Shown one piece after another: positions 39,133-52,374 of a stretch of 64,000 nucleotides of DNA. Below the pieces are notes generated by a model, which did no database searches, was not told where the DNA came from, and was given only the letters and a program-made list of their open reading frames with translations. The position numbers were made by a program, and so were the translations under genes. Source of the DNA: Raillietiella orientalis (Eukaryota); assembly GCA_036172245.1 (NCBI GenBank), contig JAYWIR010000002.1, positions 1,984,001 through 2,048,000 on the forward strand, in the 5' to 3' direction. Within the stretch, counting starts at the first letter, position 1; each line of letters begins with the position of its first letter.

Positions 39133-41849
39133 CTGTAAAAATAAAAGAAAAAAAAAAAACGCTCAGTTCGGCACCGTGCACGTGACTAGGAAAGCGCTCC
39201 TGCTCCTGTGATCATCGCGGATTATCCCTCGACTGTCCTTATCGGAACATCTGATTAACGGACTCCCATGTGCAATGATGTGTTTAGTTTACGTGACTTT
39301 GCCTCATCATTTTGCGTACTACGAAAGCGACAATTCCTGCTCCCACGTAATCCAGCGAGCACCGAAGAGCGAAAAAACTGTGGACCCTTGGGGTTGATCC
39401 TCATTTCCATCCCCACTTTTAAACGAGGATTCTTCTTTATCAGAGGAATTCTCTCGGGTAGGAGTTTTTTATTTTGTCTTTCCCTTTCCCCTATCTTGAA
39501 AGGAATTCCGATTTCTCCTCTCCGTCTCTTAGTAGCACACGACACTCCTTCACAGTAGAGAGGCTGTTTGATTTGCCTCCTCCCAGTCATCTACGGTTCC
39601 CGAATCTTTTTTTTTTTTTCTTCCTGTTGCCTTAATTCCTTTTTGTTTTGTCGCGCCACCCACGAGGGAACCTTCCGCGCCCCCGCTTGCTGCGCGGTGC
39701 CGTTCGAAACCGCGGCCACGCTCGGCTGGGAAAGCATGGGCGTAGGGAAAAAAGCAGAGCCCTAGCCGCCCTCTTAAGGTTCTCGATTTTGCTAAAGACT
39801 TCCGATGGGACTGCCTCAGAAACGGTTTGACCCAGCAAGCCGGCTCACACACTTCCGACCGAAACGGTTTGCGTAAGGTTTCCCTAGGAACGCGGGAGAC
39901 ATTTATCCCGATTGTACGTTTATCGCATGGAGGTAAACGAGTTCTCCCAGCTGAAGAGGCAGATTGGTCGTAAGTCCCTGACTTCTTTTCGCTTCAGTCC
40001 TTTGCCCAGAAAGCCGACAGATTTTTCCGCCAATAGAAGGTGTTGAAGGTGATTTTTGTGGTCCAAGAGTTCCCAATCGCAGGAGGTCCTCTGCTTTCGA
40101 AATGGAGAATCCACCGGCTTCTCTAGAATGAGTTGCTGCGATCTCAAAGTCAGCTTCTTTAGCCAGGCGTGAACGCTCGCCTTTTAACGAGGGGACCGTG
40201 GAATGTCCAGAGTCGAAGCAGCCTGTCGTTTGAGGCTTTCTAAGGTGGCTGCGTCCACGAAGGAATCGGGGAGGCAGGAGAGCGCCGAATGCTCACGTCC
40301 TCCCAGCCCTGGATCGGTTGGTTGAGATGAAACAACACGTGCTCTCATTCGAAGGAATGGTTTTTCCCAGCAACATTGAAGGAAAGAAAAACGAAACAAA
40401 ACGCGCGCCCTCGCCACACGCTGGAAGAACACCTTGATGGAGACGGAACGAAAGGGAGGCGGCAATCCAGAAGGCCACCCGGTGCCTTGCGGCGGCATGC
40501 GCGACGCCATCTCCGATGCGGCATCACCACTTCTTCCACGTGGCGGTGGTCTCGAAGTCGGACTCGGTCAGCTTCCGTGAGATGTTAGTGCGACCGAGAG
40601 GAAGTTGGATCCCGGTGGCGGATCTGCGAGGACGCACCCTTCCCCGCAACCTGCCGTTTGCCAGCGGGATTTTTTCTTGGGTTCCAGGGACGTAAACAAT
40701 CTCTGCGGCTGAATGAAGCTTGGAACTGGACCCAGACCGAAGTCATAGGTGTGCTTGAAGACGGAGCCAGTTGTTGGGTGCGGAGTGACCTCCAGTTCCA
40801 TTCGCGTCTGTTTCCTTTCTTTGCGGCTGTCAGTTTCTTCAAATGAATATTCTTTTTTCGTTTTTCGTTCAGCTGGTCCATTTAAGGCGGATGGAAACCT
40901 CTTAAGGCTGCCTTCTTTCCGTATAAATGTGAAGAGAGCAAATGAATAGCAGCCGACGCCTCTACATTTTTCTATAAATAGCGAGTATTAAGCTGTTGAG
41001 CTAGCTATTTCAGGCCTCCCCAGCACCCTCGGAAACCCTCTCCGAGGCATAGATCTATCAGTATGGGGTGAAAAACCCGTCGATGTCTCAAAATGAGTTC
41101 TGGGAACCTTTGTTCTTGATCCCCTGGACGTATCTGCGCCACTGGTCACGATGCATGCTGTTGCCAAAGCCTGACCCTTGTCACTGGAGATATCCTGCTA
41201 GGCCGATCTTCCATTTCCATGCAGACAGCAGGTGGTCCGTTCTGTTTCGATGGCTGGCTCGGTTTCCGCTGCGCAGTGATTCAGTGATGACGCTCGAGGC
41301 GTCCTTGCGTGCTCCACAAAGTCGTTTCACACATCAACTGACACCAGCACGTCTTGTGCGTCTGCGATGATGAAGGTACCTTGCTCTTGCGGCTACTGCT
41401 GCCTCTATGGCACCTTCAGTCTTGACCTGAGCGCGTTTCAAGCAGACTAAGGTTCTTCTTTACAGACTGGATGTTTTCTGCACACCGCATGAGAGCAAGC
41501 TCCCCCCTTCCTCGGCTCCCTTTTCCGTTTCGCGAAAATTTGGTTCCCGAACCTTTCTAAAAGGCTTCCCGTCCCCTTTTTGAGGCATCCGTCCTTGGGG
41601 ATTGGGCAAAAACTATCGACTCCAGGTGGAGTTTTTTTTTGGGGGGAGGGGGATCACCTTCATTCTGATGTTCGACTCTTCTTTCCCCGAATGAAGCAGT
41701 GGGAAGCAGGAAAAGTTTCCATCATGCCAAAAGAGTTGACTTCTTTGGAAACAAAGTTTCCTGGAGTGACTTCTTGCTCGTTAAGAAGGAAGAAGGATTT
41801 GGCTAATTTGGCATATTCCAACGCGCGCTCAATTTATTACCAGGTTTCC

Positions 41850-42130
41850 CTTCCCTTCGGGCGGATTCGAAGTAATCCGCAAGGATTACATCAAAGGTTA
41901 ATACAGGATTCCTGTTAATCTCCCTTTCCTTATCAGATTGCCATTGCCCGAAGACCCCGAGCACGGGCTGATTGCAGGCTGCACGCACGATAGGGCGAGT
42001 CACAATCGGCAATTTGCTTCGTAGGACTTGAAACTTTCCCGGTTCAAGAAAAAAGGAGGAATTTCCTCCCCTCTCCTTGCGAAGGTGCGGGCGTTCTTTA
42101 TCGAACGTTTCCCCTCCAAAATCCATCCGT
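41850..42130 (-). mobile_element. Possible degenerate LTR-retrotransposon aspartic protease remnant
   Basis: GGNSSFF...IVRAACNQPVLGVFGQ...FDVILADYF resembles the (D)SGA..SF / V..AN..V.V.G / DVILG.DF pattern. The catalytic Asp is not preserved. Confidence 0.3.
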
Positions 42131-42939
42131 CCCTCTTGATACTTGTCTGAGAATAGGGGAGGGGGAGGGAGTGATTTTTTGCTCCAGCCAGCACGTTAGG
42201 AAACCTCTGGAAAGTTCTCGGGGTAGGAGAACACCCGGAGAATCAGGAATTCGGTTTGCTCCTCTCTTCAGCGCTAGGCAGATGTGGAGTCAGCTCCTTT
42301 TTTCCCCCTGATGACGAGGGCAATCATGTGACCGTGGTTTCGGTGTGGATCGCTATGTGGGTTCTTTGAACAATTAGCAGACCCCAGGATGCTCGGAATT
42401 CAAAGAGGATCGGCAGCTCAGACTTGAGGCGCTCGGAGTCCTTCTCTAAGGAAAATTTCTTGCTATTCTCTCTTTCTTTCTTTTGATGGCGTTTAATTCC
42501 ACCGACTTCTCATCCGTCGTTTGCATGCGATCCCTGTTCAGACTGCTCCAGGATGATCGAAAAAAGTTTCCCGCGTGAGATCTGAAAATTTCTAAGGACC
42601 GGCCGCCCTGCCCTCGCATTGCCTGAGGCAAATTCGGATTAGGGGTGTACGAGTTGCAAGAAGAGTACCCAGCGCATTTGGATAGTAGTGGAGGTGGCTA
42701 GTAAATATCCGCGGTGGAATAGTGGATGTCTTTTGATCGCTGAAGCGAAAGAGCTGGAGGTTCCTTCCGAAAAAGGCAGAAACATGGAAACGCGCAAGGA
42801 CTTGTTTTCTTTGCCCCGTTTCATACACGGGATGGCTAGTTTTGCTGGACCGACGTGTCAGGGGAAAGCAGCTTCCGTGGTCTGGTTGTTGGCAGGTGTG
42901 TACCAAAGTAGAGTGGGCAACTGGGAGGCCCGCGCTGGA

Positions 42940-43010
42940 GCCCGTGGTGGCTACGGCGGTCTCCGCGCGCGTTTGCACCAAGCGTTAGGGGTTCGAATCC
43001 CACCCGGGGA
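42940..43010 (+). ncRNA. tRNA-like element (tRNA pseudogene or SINE head)
   Basis: A-box-like TGGCTACGGCGG and B-box GGTTCGAATCCC at tRNA spacing, with partly complementary CCCG..GG/CCGGGG ends. T and anticodon stems have mismatches. Confidence 0.5.
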
Positions 43011-43124
43011 AGGATCGACTCTGAGAACGGGAGGTGCATCGTGGGTCTCGAGTCCTCACGCAGGGCGACGCTGGTTGGCCTGCAGGCTCGGATGTGGCAC
43101 CAGTGGGAAGCCCCTCGGATGCCC

Positions 43125-43370
43125 CTGTTGACTGGTCGGAATTGGAAGTCGACAATCCAGGGTCCTTCCGGGAATCAAAGAGTGCGGGTTGTCTTCGGGG
43201 TTCCCCTTTGGTTGCGCAAATGGAGCCGCTTCCCCCCTCGTAGGGGAATGGGACCCTCCATCGCGTGCCATGAAGATGGTTGATAGCCCCATCTGGGGGT
43301 TGCCTTTCCAAAGTGTGAAGAAGCGCGCTGCTCGCTTCGGGCAGCGCCCTTCAGAGAAATCGGGAAGCTG
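43125..43370 (-). repeat. Dispersed repeat, inverted homologue of 57690-57940
   Basis: Reverse complement shares TCCCGATTTC.CTGAAGGGCGC, CGAGCAGC.CGCTTCTTC.CACT.TGGA, GAACCCCGAAGA and GAAGGACCC..TCGACTT.CAAT with 57690-57940. Confidence 0.7.
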
Positions 43371-46300
43371 AAGGGAGGGACGAGAACACCCCCTACGAAG
43401 CGTCCCTTCGGGGTTCTCTTCAGAGGAGGAAACGAGGAGCGGTTCCCTTGCGGGTTCCCTCCGGAGAAGGAATTCCAAAAGAGGATCCCTTCCAGGTTCC
43501 CTTCAGAGGAGAAATAATACAGGTGTTTCCTCCCTGGGAGTCCCTCCGGATGGAAAAAGGAAGAGGTTCTTTTCGACGTTCCCTTAGGAGAGAACCAGGG
43601 TGGAGGATTCCTTTCGGAGCTCCCTACCAAGAGTAGGAGGAACGGACTGCTTCCACCGAAGCATTCCTGGATTCATAGGGTGGTCCCTCCGGGGTTACTT
43701 CCTAACTTGAAGAGTCACGCGCACCCCCGGGTGGTGTGGACAGCGTCAATGAGCTCCGTGTGAGCCGCCAGGCAAACAATTCTTCAGTACTTTGCCTTGT
43801 AGGCTTTGCCAAGGGAATCAACTGACCATCCTGTTCAGCGATTGATTTTTAATTTCAAAGGCATCAAACAAGGAATGGTTTTCGCACCTCCCCCTCCCCC
43901 TAAAGTAATACTTAATAAAGCAGTGGGTGTTGTTCACAAAATAGGTCCGCTCACAAGTCTGAATCAAATGGGAATTCAGAGAAGAATTTTTTCTGCGGGC
44001 TCCGTGCAGAGATCCTGGCCAACAGTGGCTCCGAAGCTCCACATCGGCAATTACTGGAAACTGTGGAGCATGAAAGGATAAGGCAGACGAAGGTCCACAC
44101 ATTTCCCGAGCCCCGCGCCGCGCAATTTCCCCTTAGGAACTCGATTTCCCCTTCTCCCCCTTTTTTTTTGGCAGGCGTACCTGTGATCGGAAGGGGAACG
44201 GAGATGGCGCTGCGAAACTTTCAGTGGTCTCTGAGTTCACGCAACGTGCGCAAGGAAACCTTTTCGTAGTTCAGGTGGAGCTGCTGAAACCGTTCTTTGA
44301 CGAGGCTGACAGAGCAAATCTGGTGACCTGCAACCTTTGGCATTTTCAGACATTCCTCGTTCCATTCGGGAGGTCACTCCGCGGTATTTGTGGGTGGGTG
44401 ACTACTTGCAGATCCCCCTTTCTCCCCCCTCCCCTACGGAAGCCGCAGGCGAAAGTTTGCTCCGTATTCTCGCACTCAGGAATCTCTCTGACTGAAAGTC
44501 CCTTCAGCGTGCGCGGCACCGGTTACGGAGTCGCTGCTCCGACGTCAGGAATCGGCACTCCTCGGGCGAGAGCGTCACCTGGGCGATATTGATTTTTCGC
44601 TTTCGAGAACGATTCCCGCTTCTGGATTCCCATAAGGGAGGCGCGGACCGAGCCAAGTGCTCCCCAAGGTTTTGAGAGCCACACGCACTCCTCCCCCCCG
44701 CACGGGAGCCCACGAGAGTCGAAGAGCTCCGAGCTTTCTCGGGACCACTCGGGGAGGATGAGAGCACCAGCGCTTCGCCGTCTTCCTGAGACGAGCCAGA
44801 AGATGCCAAGCGGGAAGCATTCGTGGAGAAAGGATGGGGAGCCGCTGCCCCTGGATCCTCTGAGATTCGGCGCCGTGGCGACGTCGGTCGGTCTGAGCGG
44901 CGGCCTCATAGACACCCCGTCGTTTCCGGTTGCGCTCCTTCCTGCCCGCGAGGCGGCGATGAAGCGATAGGGATATCGGTTGGCTTTTCTGAGTCCGAAG
45001 CAGCCCGGTCGCGAGGTCTCAGTTCGCCATCGGGACGTCTGCCGGCGGCGGCATGGGAGCAGCCGTAAGTCTCTCCCTCATCCCTGGGTCTTTGTCTGAG
45101 CTGCGGAGGGGGATGGCGATGCTTGGGAAACTCGTCACGAGCGCGCGTTCCCTCGGCTGCTTTCCTGGAGCCCCCCTCCCAGCACGTTTCTGGGCGAGAG
45201 GGCCCAAAAGCCCTCTGGAGCCCCGGAGCGTCCGCTTGCGGAGGCGGCGACCGCCCACTTCGGTGCGTGCGCGCGCGCGCCCGGGACAATAGCCTACTCG
45301 CCATCGTCCCGAGGCGAAATCCGCGCGACCACTGTCCCATCCCGGTTTCGGCCGCAGCCCTCGCTCGAGCCCCTTTCTTTCCCTTTCCGCCTCCTCCTCT
45401 CTTCGCCTGTTCCCGTTTTATTTCGTCCCGTTTTTTTTTTTTTCCGCTTGATTTTTCCTGAGCGCTTCAAACAATTACGGGCCAATCGGCAGTCGTATTT
45501 GTGGGGGGAGGGGAACAGTGGGGTCTGGAGATGGGCGCTCATCCCCGAATCCGCAAATCTAATCATTTTCCTTAACGGGAAATTGCTTCATCAGCTGAAG
45601 AGGAGGAAAAGGGACGGGAGGAGGAGGAAAGAAGGAAGCGCGCAGAAACGGCGGGGTCGTGCCCGGCGGCCTCCAGACCGGGAGCGTCTCCCGCGGAGAC
45701 TGGAGGCGTTCCTGCGAAGGCGCGAAGGAAGGGGAAGGGACAGGCGGTGGACCTTTGGATGGATGTCGCTCCAGGTGGTGCCTTCGCTTGCGCTCCCTCC
45801 CCCTATCTTCAGGCTCCAGAGCTTCCGGGGGGGAGACGGATGGACGAAGTTCCGGCTCCCCTCAGATACATCCACCGGGCTCCTCCTAGTCTGCCGCAGG
45901 GACTGAGCTGGAGCCACGTAACGGCGGCGCCGTCTTCCTCTCTCAACCTGCCGCACAAGGGTTCTTCCCCCGCTCGCCCTCTCGGAGACGCCCGGAGCTC
46001 CGCGGCCTCTGAGGCGGGAAGGGCGGTGGCGGCGGCTCCGCACGAGACGCAGCCTGCCTGCTCCTGGAGGCGGGATCGCTTGCTTTCCCTCCAGGCTCTC
46101 TCCTGAACGCCCTGGGGACCCTCCCTCTGCGAGCTTCCGGCGGCTCCGCGTGAGGAGTCGTAGTCAGGGGTTGAGCCGAGGATTCTCGCCGGCGCTGCAG
46201 CCCAAGGGAGAAAAAATCAATATGAAGGAGCAGCAGACCTCCGAAGCCTCCAGTCTCGCAGTCTGGACAGGGAGGGAGGGTAACCGAGGCGCCCTTCGGG

Positions 46301-49300
46301 AAGCGAGGAACGAACCCCACCATCCCATCATACCCGTCTGTCTCCTCTTTTTCCTCTCCCTTTTTGGCTTCCCGCGGCGGTGGCAGCAGCGGCGGAAGTC
46401 GCAACCTCTTTTCTACCACCACCGCTCGACTCCCTTTCCTCATCCTCGTAGGCCCGAAGTGTTGATGGTGCTTCCACCGGTGAGAGGGCTGCGTGGACGC
46501 GGGGCAGTGCTTCGTGGAGCGGAGAGCGTCCTGCCGGATGTGCCCCTCTCCCCATCCCTCCGCTTACCTGACGGGCCAATCCCTCCGCGCGAACGAAAGG
46601 AGGCGCGTCCCGCCCCCTCAATCCTCCTATCCCCGCGGCACTCCATCTTTCTCACCGCCCTCAATGCTTCCCTTCGCTCGGGGAGGAACGTCCCCTGGCA
46701 TCCCCACGCTCCGGGGTGCTTCGGCGGCTCGCTGAAGACGCGCGATTCGTCTTTTTAGGTGAGACAGGAGAAGAGTGGGGAAGGGAAAGGAGGGGGACAT
46801 GCATACGCCACCACCTTCCTTATGCTGCTAAGGGTACGAGGAAGAAGGAGAAGTGGGGTGTGGACACTCGCCCTGTGGCCCCCCTCCGCCTCTTCCAGAC
46901 ACCTAAAAACCCCTGCGTTCCTTCTGTTGCTGCTTCGGGGGGGCTGGACAAAGTGGGCGGTGACCCTAACACCTCGAAGGCGAAAGGACTCCGTGTTGCG
47001 TTATCCTCCACCTTGACCCCCACCCACGACGTGGGAAAAGTAGGCTTCGAACGGGGGTTCCCGCCGGTCTGAGAGGGAGAGGGAAGGACGGGGGGAGCAG
47101 AGCCGCCTTTTGAGATGGCTCCGGGAGGTCATCGGTGGTTTCCGGTGCCTCCCTGGCTCCACGCGAGGGACGACCCTCTCTCGTGCCCCTCCCGGATTTA
47201 ACCTCGGAGCCAGCGGCGATTCCCCGCTCACTGACTCGCTGTCCGGGATGGGACACGAGGGAGGGGATATCCGGGCGCAGGTTCCCTCTTCCCTCAGTCT
47301 GAAGGACGGAGAGGGTTTTAAGAGTCTTGCTCTGGGCATCCCGTGATGCTGGAATGCCTCTCGATGCCAACTCCTGCAGCTCCTATTTGCCTTCCCCACC
47401 AGGATGCATCCCACGGCCTGTGAGTCAGCCTCCACGTCTCCCCTCCAGCTTCCTCGGGAAGATGGGCCAGGGCCGCAGAGTCTCTCACCCTCGCCGAAGT
47501 ACCCCTGGAAGCCTGGGAAGCGTCAGCGGACAGGAGGCGTGTCCTTCCGCTTTCCGGAACACACGCGAGCGGGGGGGCTGACTGCCCCACCTCGGTGACC
47601 CTCGCTTCTCCACAGGCTGCGGGTGGGTAACGGGGAAAGGGGAGAGGAGGGGACGGGAAACGGAGTAAGGGAAAGGAAAACCCTTCTGGGCGCTCGTTTC
47701 TCTAGGGAGGCTCCCGCTGGCATTCAGTTCCTTCAGCTGGCAAACCTGGGGATCTTTCAGAGGGTTCCCTCCCCCCTCCGGTTCGTCTTCCCTCCCCATC
47801 CGATGCCATCTGGAGATCCTGTCTCCCCCCCCCCCACACACACACCAGAGCCAGGACACTTTCGTGCTTCGACCCACCTTCGCAAGTCTTCCCTCCTCGC
47901 GGCAGTCGGAAAGGCAGTGCGCGCCCGACTTCCGCGGTCTCCTCGCCCTCGTGAGTTACGCAGCAAAGGCTCGGGCTGGTGCTTTTCCGCACTTTCGAGG
48001 GCGAGGAGCTTTCGCTGTCCTGAGAGGTAAGCCGTCCTCCTCCCCCTCCTTCCCTTCCTTCCTCCTCCTCTTCCGGAAGATCTCAATCTCCACCCTGACG
48101 AAGCCGCGCGGGAAGCTGCCATGGAAACGCGCCGTCCCTTCTTACCTTTCCCTCTTCTACCATGCGGACCGTTACCTATGAGTAGGGGTGAAATGTTGTC
48201 TCTTCTTCCTTTTTTCCCCTTTCGTCCACCCATGATCTCTTCCCTCTTCGCGGCATTCTCCCAGCGGTGGAAGCGTTCCCTAGCCGGATCTCCCAGCTAC
48301 CACCGGAATAAAAACAAGTGGGAGAGAGAAGGGAATTGGCCGCTTTCACCCTTCTCCCTAGTTCCCCTCCCGTATCCTTGGAGATCCCTTGTTACCACTT
48401 CGTCTCCTGCGTTTGTGGAGATGTGGTCCTCCGTCGAGAAGCTGCTCCGAGAAGCTCCAAGGGACCCGAAAACCCAATGATCCCCACGACCTTAGCAGGG
48501 CAGTGGCAGATGCGCTCGGAGACCCTCTCTCCAAGAGGGAAAGGGTGCAGATGACAGAGAAACCTTTCCCTCCTTCCCGTAAACCCTCCAACAAAAGGCA
48601 AGTGAGTGGCCTTCGCCGGGTCTTTGATTTCCATTTTATTCAAGCGGAAGCCATCCGGTTCCAAGCACACCGTTAGACCTCTCTCCATTCCAAGGAGAGG
48701 CGGTCTCTCGGACCCCCCCATCCCCTTGACGCCTCTCCTTTTACTCGCTCCTCGGGAAAGTCTTCCCTTGAGTGAGACTTGAGACCTGGCTTGGAAGCGC
48801 GGAAGCTGCGGAAATCTCCCGCGGATCGAAGGGCACAAAGAGAGAGAGGGGGAGAGGAAGGATAGCGAGGAGCGGAGGGGGTGCGAGCGAGGGAACGGGG
48901 GTGAAATTGGTGGTGGTGGGGACTCACGGAAAAAAAAGAAAAAAAAAAAAAGAGTGTAGCGAGTGCACGCGAAAGACAAGAAAGGAGCTTATGGACTCTC
49001 ACGCATCTGGTCGAGAAGCCATCCCGGAGGATGACGCTCCCCCAAAAAACGTCTCACTCCCCCCCTGCTCCTCCCTTCAAGAGGAGCATCTAGCAAGCAA
49101 GATGGTCAAAGATACCGCATAGGAGCAGAGAGAGAAAGAGGGAGAGGGAGGGGTGAGAAGAAAGGAAAACAAATAAATAGATAATCCAGATATCTGTGCA
49201 TCCAGATACCGGGAGCATTTTCTCGTGTGCGCAGGGAAAAACCGTGAAGTCATGCTCGACTCAACCGGTTCTTTGCCGATTATTGCTTTTTTACCGGCTT

Positions 49301-50296
49301 CGCGGTTCCCTCGGACCGCGGACGCCTGCGGGAACGATCCCTATTCCGGAGCGAACCTCCCAGGCAAGGCGCCCTTCATCTCTCTTTTCTTCTCTTCCCC
49401 CCCTGGTTGCCGTGAGCGGTGGAAGTGGGAAGGAAAAAGAAGAGGAGAAGGAGGAGGAGGGCGAAGAGGAAGACCCCATCCCTCCTCCAAGGCGAGAGGA
49501 CGGACGGAACACATAGACAACGAACAAACGCTCAACGAACGACGGGGATGGACGTGGATGAAAGCCGGGCGAGGCGACTCAGGCGGTAAGAAGTCTCCAG
49601 AAAAAGGAAGAAGAGACAGAGGATTGCTACTACGACAACGACTTTTGCTGCGACATGAAAGAGGGCGGGAGAGGCGCGCCTGAGCCTGGGGGGGCTACTG
49701 CCTCTGCAGGCTTCTTTCCGCGCGTGCGCGGGAGCGCAGTGAGGTCTACACGAAGACACCGAGGACCAGGACGAGGAGAAATGGGTGAACGAAGGGGAGA
49801 GTTCGATATGTCTGATTCTTAGTTTGTTCAGAGGTCACGTGACCCCCGCAATGTAGAGAGAAAATAGAAGAGGAGGAGAAACCTCGCTGCTGCTGCTCGT
49901 TGGAGATTCGACAGTTGACTCCTCCCCGGAAGAGTTCTCCGGGCTGCTTGAGAGCAAGCTCAGCAGCAGCAGCAGAAGAAGAACCGAAAGTTCTAGAAAT
50001 CCTTCCCAGTAGCAAGCTGGGACAACCGCTAGCGCAGCAAGAGCGCGGACGTGGGATAAGGAGGGGGGCTGGGGAGGGAAAGTGGAGGGTAAAGTGAACG
50101 GAAGCTCCTCCGAGAACCTATCCTGGTCTTCAGACCATCACTGAACCACTGGAAAGGAACGGGGATTTGTTTTGGTCTTCCTGCGACAAGAATTCTCCTG
50201 GGACGTTATCTCGAATGGTGGAGCAGATGGCGGGTCGGAGGAGAAAAACAAGAACTAAACAAGAGGAGGGAACCAGGAGCATCTGCAAACTCCACC

Positions 50297-52120
50297 TCAC
50301 TTGTCTTGGAGGTCGGCGAAGTTCCTCTCGAACGGGTTGGTTCGGCGGTGATCGCTGACGCGGAAAGGGTTGTACGGCGCTTCCGGAGGAGACGCCACCG
50401 GCGCCTTCCCGCTGGCGGCAGCCACATCCGAGCTACCGAAGGAGAACTGCAGTTGCTCTTCCGGGATGCGAGAGCGCCTGCCTTTGTCGTCGTCCGCCTC
50501 TTCCGGGTCGCTCTTCCTCCTCGAGGAGAGGACGTGCCTCTCCATGGCAGCCCTCACGTCATCGAGGGCGGCCTTCCCCGCACGACTGCCGCCGTCTCGG
50601 AGCGAGAATCGTTCTTCCGGATCGCCGTCCTCCTCCCCGTCACCGTCCTCCTCGTCGAAGGCCTTGTAATCGTAGATGTGCCTGAGGGCCCACAGAGCAG
50701 GGATGTACAGCAGGTTGGACAGGGCGATGAGGAAGTTGAGGGCAGTGAACCCAATGGACTCCACGATCCCTCCCGCTATGACGGGCCCGATGGCGTAGGC
50801 GAACGAATACGAGATGTCCGCTATGGCGTAGATGCTGCCATACACGGACACGTACCGTAGGTCCACGAGGTAGCCCAGCGTGGGCAGCAGGGCGGTGTCG
50901 ATGATGGCGATGCCGAAGCACAGGATCGATATGGGCAGCATGAGGACCCAGTAGTTCTTGGAGAAGGGCACTATGACACAACTCAGCCCTTCTAGGGCGA
51001 GCCCCACAGCCGCCATGGCGTACTGGTAGTGTGGGTACCTGCCCGCCAGCTTGATGGTTAAGAGCACACCCGCCAGGTGAGGCAGGAACGCGGGCAGCCA
51101 AATCATTCCCATCTGCCAGTTTTCGATGTCTGTCATCGTGTCCATCATCCACACGGAGATGGTGGGCTCGAGGAAAGCGAGGGACACGTTGGCCGTGCAG
51201 AGCGCGCCAGCGCAGATGGCGATGTGCTGGTCCATGAGCAGCCTCCAGATGGGGGTCCCCTTCGGGCGCTTGTAACCCTTCTTCTTCATCTGCTGCTTGA
51301 TGGGCTTCATGATGAACATCAGCATGAGCCCGTCCACCAGGCAGAGAAGGGAGAGCATGAGGAACGGGAGCTCCTTGCCCGCGAACTCGTACAAGAGTCC
51401 TCCGAAAGGAGGAGACACCAGAGAGCCGAACGAGATGAACGCCAGGGCGATGCCCAGCGCCCGGGTCCTCTCGTTCTCCTCAGTGAAGCGGTCGGCTATC
51501 ATCGCCAGCCCCGAGGTGTCCGCGAAGGCCGATCCCACCCCTTGCAGACTCCTCGCGAAGAACAGCAGCCCGTAGCTGGAGCTGCACGCGAACACGGACG
51601 TGGAGAGGAACATAATGGTGAGTCCGATCATCATGGGGACGTCGTAGCCGATCCTGTCGATCACCGCCCCGGAGAACGGGTTTACCATGAGCTGTACGAT
51701 GGCCTTCGACGCGAACAGGAAGCCGATCGCCGACTCCTCCCCTTCGTACACCGTCACCCCTTTTATCACCCGGGACGAGGTCTGATTCGAGGCTGCTACT
51801 GAGGTGGCGGCTGCGTCGCTGGAGTTGACGGTGCTGTTGGCGTACCACACGTCTTCGGGGACCATCTCCTTCCTACCTCCGACCGTGTGCGTGTCCCAGG
51901 AGCCTATCTTCCGCAGGTAGTCTGGGATGATGGGCACGATGACCATGTACAACATGTTATCCAGCAGGAGAGCTATGGAAACGATCACCAGGATCAGCTT
52001 TCTCTGTTCCTTGGGCTCCTCCAGTCTCTGGTGGATTCTGTTCTTCGCCCACACGAGAGGAGGAGGCAGGGGCACATCTTCCCACTCGAAGCGCTTGTTG
52101 ATAATGGGAACCACAGGCAT
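50297..52120 (-). CDS. VAChT: Vesicular acetylcholine transporter (SLC18A3/unc-17 orthologue), intronless ORF, 607 aa
   Basis: 12-TM MFS protein with LVIVSIALLLDNMLYMVIVPIIPDYL, N-glycosylation sequons in luminal loop 1 (NST, NSS, NQT), LFASKAIVQL, ARSLQGVGSAFADTSG, LAFLEPTI and YGSIYAIADISYS. Located 5' of the ChAT core exons on the same strand. Confidence 0.97.
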   Translation of the reverse strand: MPVVPIINKRFEWEDVPLPPPLVWAKNRIHQRLEEPKEQRKLILVIVSIALLLDNMLYMVIVPIIPDYLRKIGSWDTHTVGGRKEMVPEDVWYANSTVNSSDAAATSVAASNQTSSRVIKGVTVYEGEESAIGFLFASKAIVQLMVNPFSGAVIDRIGYDVPMMIGLTIMFLSTSVFACSSSYGLLFFARSLQGVGSAFADTSGLAMIADRFTEENERTRALGIALAFISFGSLVSPPFGGLLYEFAGKELPFLMLSLLCLVDGLMLMFIMKPIKQQMKKKGYKRPKGTPIWRLLMDQHIAICAGALCTANVSLAFLEPTISVWMMDTMTDIENWQMGMIWLPAFLPHLAGVLLTIKLAGRYPHYQYAMAAVGLALEGLSCVIVPFSKNYWVLMLPISILCFGIAIIDTALLPTLGYLVDLRYVSVYGSIYAIADISYSFAYAIGPVIAGGIVESIGFTALNFLIALSNLLYIPALWALRHIYDYKAFDEEDGDGEEDGDPEERFSLRDGGSRAGKAALDDVRAAMERHVLSSRRKSDPEEADDDKGRRSRIPEEQLQFSFGSSDVAAASGKAPVASPPEAPYNPFRVSDHRRTNPFERNFADLQDK

Positions 52121-52374
52121 CCTCTTTCCTCAGGAAGCGTTCAAATAAGGAGAGGCTTCTGGGAGGAGATTCCTCGACAATTGCGAGTGTCCAGCCGGCG
52201 ACGACCCGTGGTCCACGTCACGCCGCGCTCTTTGGTTGGGTGCTCTCTGGCGTCGTGCGTCCGCATCCCTCCCCCTCTCTCTCTCTTTTCTATACCAGCA
52301 GCAACCGTAGTCTGAAGACGACGACGACTCCGCAACTGAGAGTCTCCATGAGAAAATGTCTTCCTCACTTGGTC

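Noticed and set aside
40180-41480. Coding-looking stretches in ChAT intron 1
   Set aside because: Frames are interrupted by stops and no family could be recognised.
49833-49844. Palindrome GGTCACGTGACC (E-box/CLEAR-like) downstream of the VAChT stop
   Set aside because: Single short motif with no supporting context.
50015-50036. Partial complement of intron sequence near 52530-52560 as a long-range pair flanking VAChT
   Set aside because: Only about 8 contiguous matches; not distinguishable from chance.
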